From the NCBI GenBank assembly GCA_003427395.1, contig BFEA01000001.1, forward strand, positions 9,393,741 to 9,457,740: 64,000 nt of DNA, written 5' to 3'. Made by a program: the position numbers and the translations under genes. The notes under the pieces are model-generated. The model was not told the DNA's origin, searched no databases, and saw nothing but the letters and a program-made list of their open reading frames with translations. The stretch is from Chara braunii. Its lineage: Eukaryota > Plantae > Charophyceae. Of the stretch, positions 62,725 through 64,000 are shown piece by piece. The first letter of the stretch is position 1; each line of letters begins with the position of its first letter.

Positions 62725-63062
62725 AGATCCCGCACCTACCGGTCTCGTCGTCGAGTGTTACTATAATGCGGATAAAGTGATCCTCAATGAGCAATACACA
62801 TTTAAGGAGTACTCGCGTCATATTAGGTAAGAGACATCAGTAACACACAGGAACTAAATCGCCGGATCTTACACTGGAACAGGAAGAGACGTACGTCCAA
62901 AACAAACAAAGCAAAACGACAAATAACAAGTCGTGCCGAGAAAAAACCCAAAGAGATAGACGCCCCAAAAGACCAGCGAACAAAGAAACTACTCCCCACC
63001 ATCAAGTCGTCGGCGCGGCCACCAATGAATGTACAACTGCATTCACGGATACCGCGTGAATC

Positions 63063-64000
63063 GAAGATGAAGGACTGTCGCCAAACAGCCTTAGCATGAG
63101 CCAGGATAGAAAAAATGCACCAATCCACACAATCCTGGACGCACACAGAACAAGAGCGGAGAACGATACAAACGGGTACAAAGATCCGAAAAATTAATCG
63201 ATTATAGAGCACTTTGTCTTTAAACACTCCCAGAGCCGAAACCCCAACCACCATGTCCATCCACCATCAAAGCGGCCTTTCCTCAACTCGTTTCTACAAC
63301 CCTGCCAGTAGCGTCATCAGGACGAAACTAATCCAATCGAACCACAGCTCGATGAAGGAGATCGATACCATAGCCTTGTCTCCTTTTATAGTCTATCCTA
63401 TCCCGATACAATCCCACTCCCTACCGCGAAACCGCGAACGCGCCAGAAGAAGGTAACAATCCATCAGGCCAGAGTACCCGCCTAGGAAGCGAGCAAAGCA
63501 GTATATGGAGAAAAGCCGATCCTGGTGGACACAGCCGTCTAGATACCTGCATCCACCACAGAAAACACAAAACAAACACACAGCACAGACGAAAAACGAG
63601 ACACAGCCAACTGCCATCAGTGCGTCCGATCGCCGAGGAAAGAATCCAGGAGCCGCCATAGTGGAGAGCCGGTTTCCCGCTCAGTCGCACCTCCTCCAGG
63701 TACTCAGCCTGGGATCAGCCATAGGATCCCTCAAAACCGTAATCATGGCAGCAGGGCCACAAGAGCAAACCCAGAGGGATCGGTGAGGGAGACGTCCCGC
63801 CACTAACAATAACAGTCCCCTCAGAAGAACCGCGGAAAAAACTGCAATTCCAGAAGACAGCACTTCCGCTATGGTGACAAGCCAGTCTCTCGCGGGGGCA
63901 CACTTCCGCCACGCACTACGCCTGTGAATAGTCATACGATCCCTTCAAACCGTATACGGCAGCAGGGCCTCAAGCCAATACCCAGAGCAATCAGCAAAGG
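63063..64000 (-). repeat. 5' pseudo-LTR of the second PLE (runs off the window)
   Basis: Direct repeat of 57426-58321 with a ~42-bp indel. Confidence 0.9.

Overview
Eukaryotic, repeat-saturated draft-assembly window (several N gaps) with no intact host gene that I can support. A plant-type U6 copy, a plastid tufA fragment, a chromovirus-type Ty3/Gypsy element and Penelope-like elements with an N-terminal GIY-YIG domain point to a streptophyte alga such as Chara (inference). Main content: (1) a DIRS-type RT/RNase H split just before its YIDD motif by a 7.2-kb TG...CA insertion, which itself holds a LINE fragment, a 25S rRNA fragment, a tufA plastid-DNA insertion and a tRNA-like piece; (2) a Sola-like transposase pseudogene; (3) a Gypsy chromovirus plus a solo LTR of the same family; (4) L1-clade LINE fragments, a tRNA-derived SINE and a U6 retrocopy; (5) two Naiad/Chlamys-type Penelope-like elements plus a third tail, with hammerhead ribozymes. 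The most notable signal is a structured RNA motif, present 14 times (full or partial) between 31.8 and 53.2 kb, mostly just upstream of poly(A) tails in otherwise dissimilar retroposon 3' ends. It folds as two tandem H-type pseudoknots followed by a long hairpin with a conserved loop, and the copies show compensatory base changes. Coordinates were counted by hand and may be off by a few bases.
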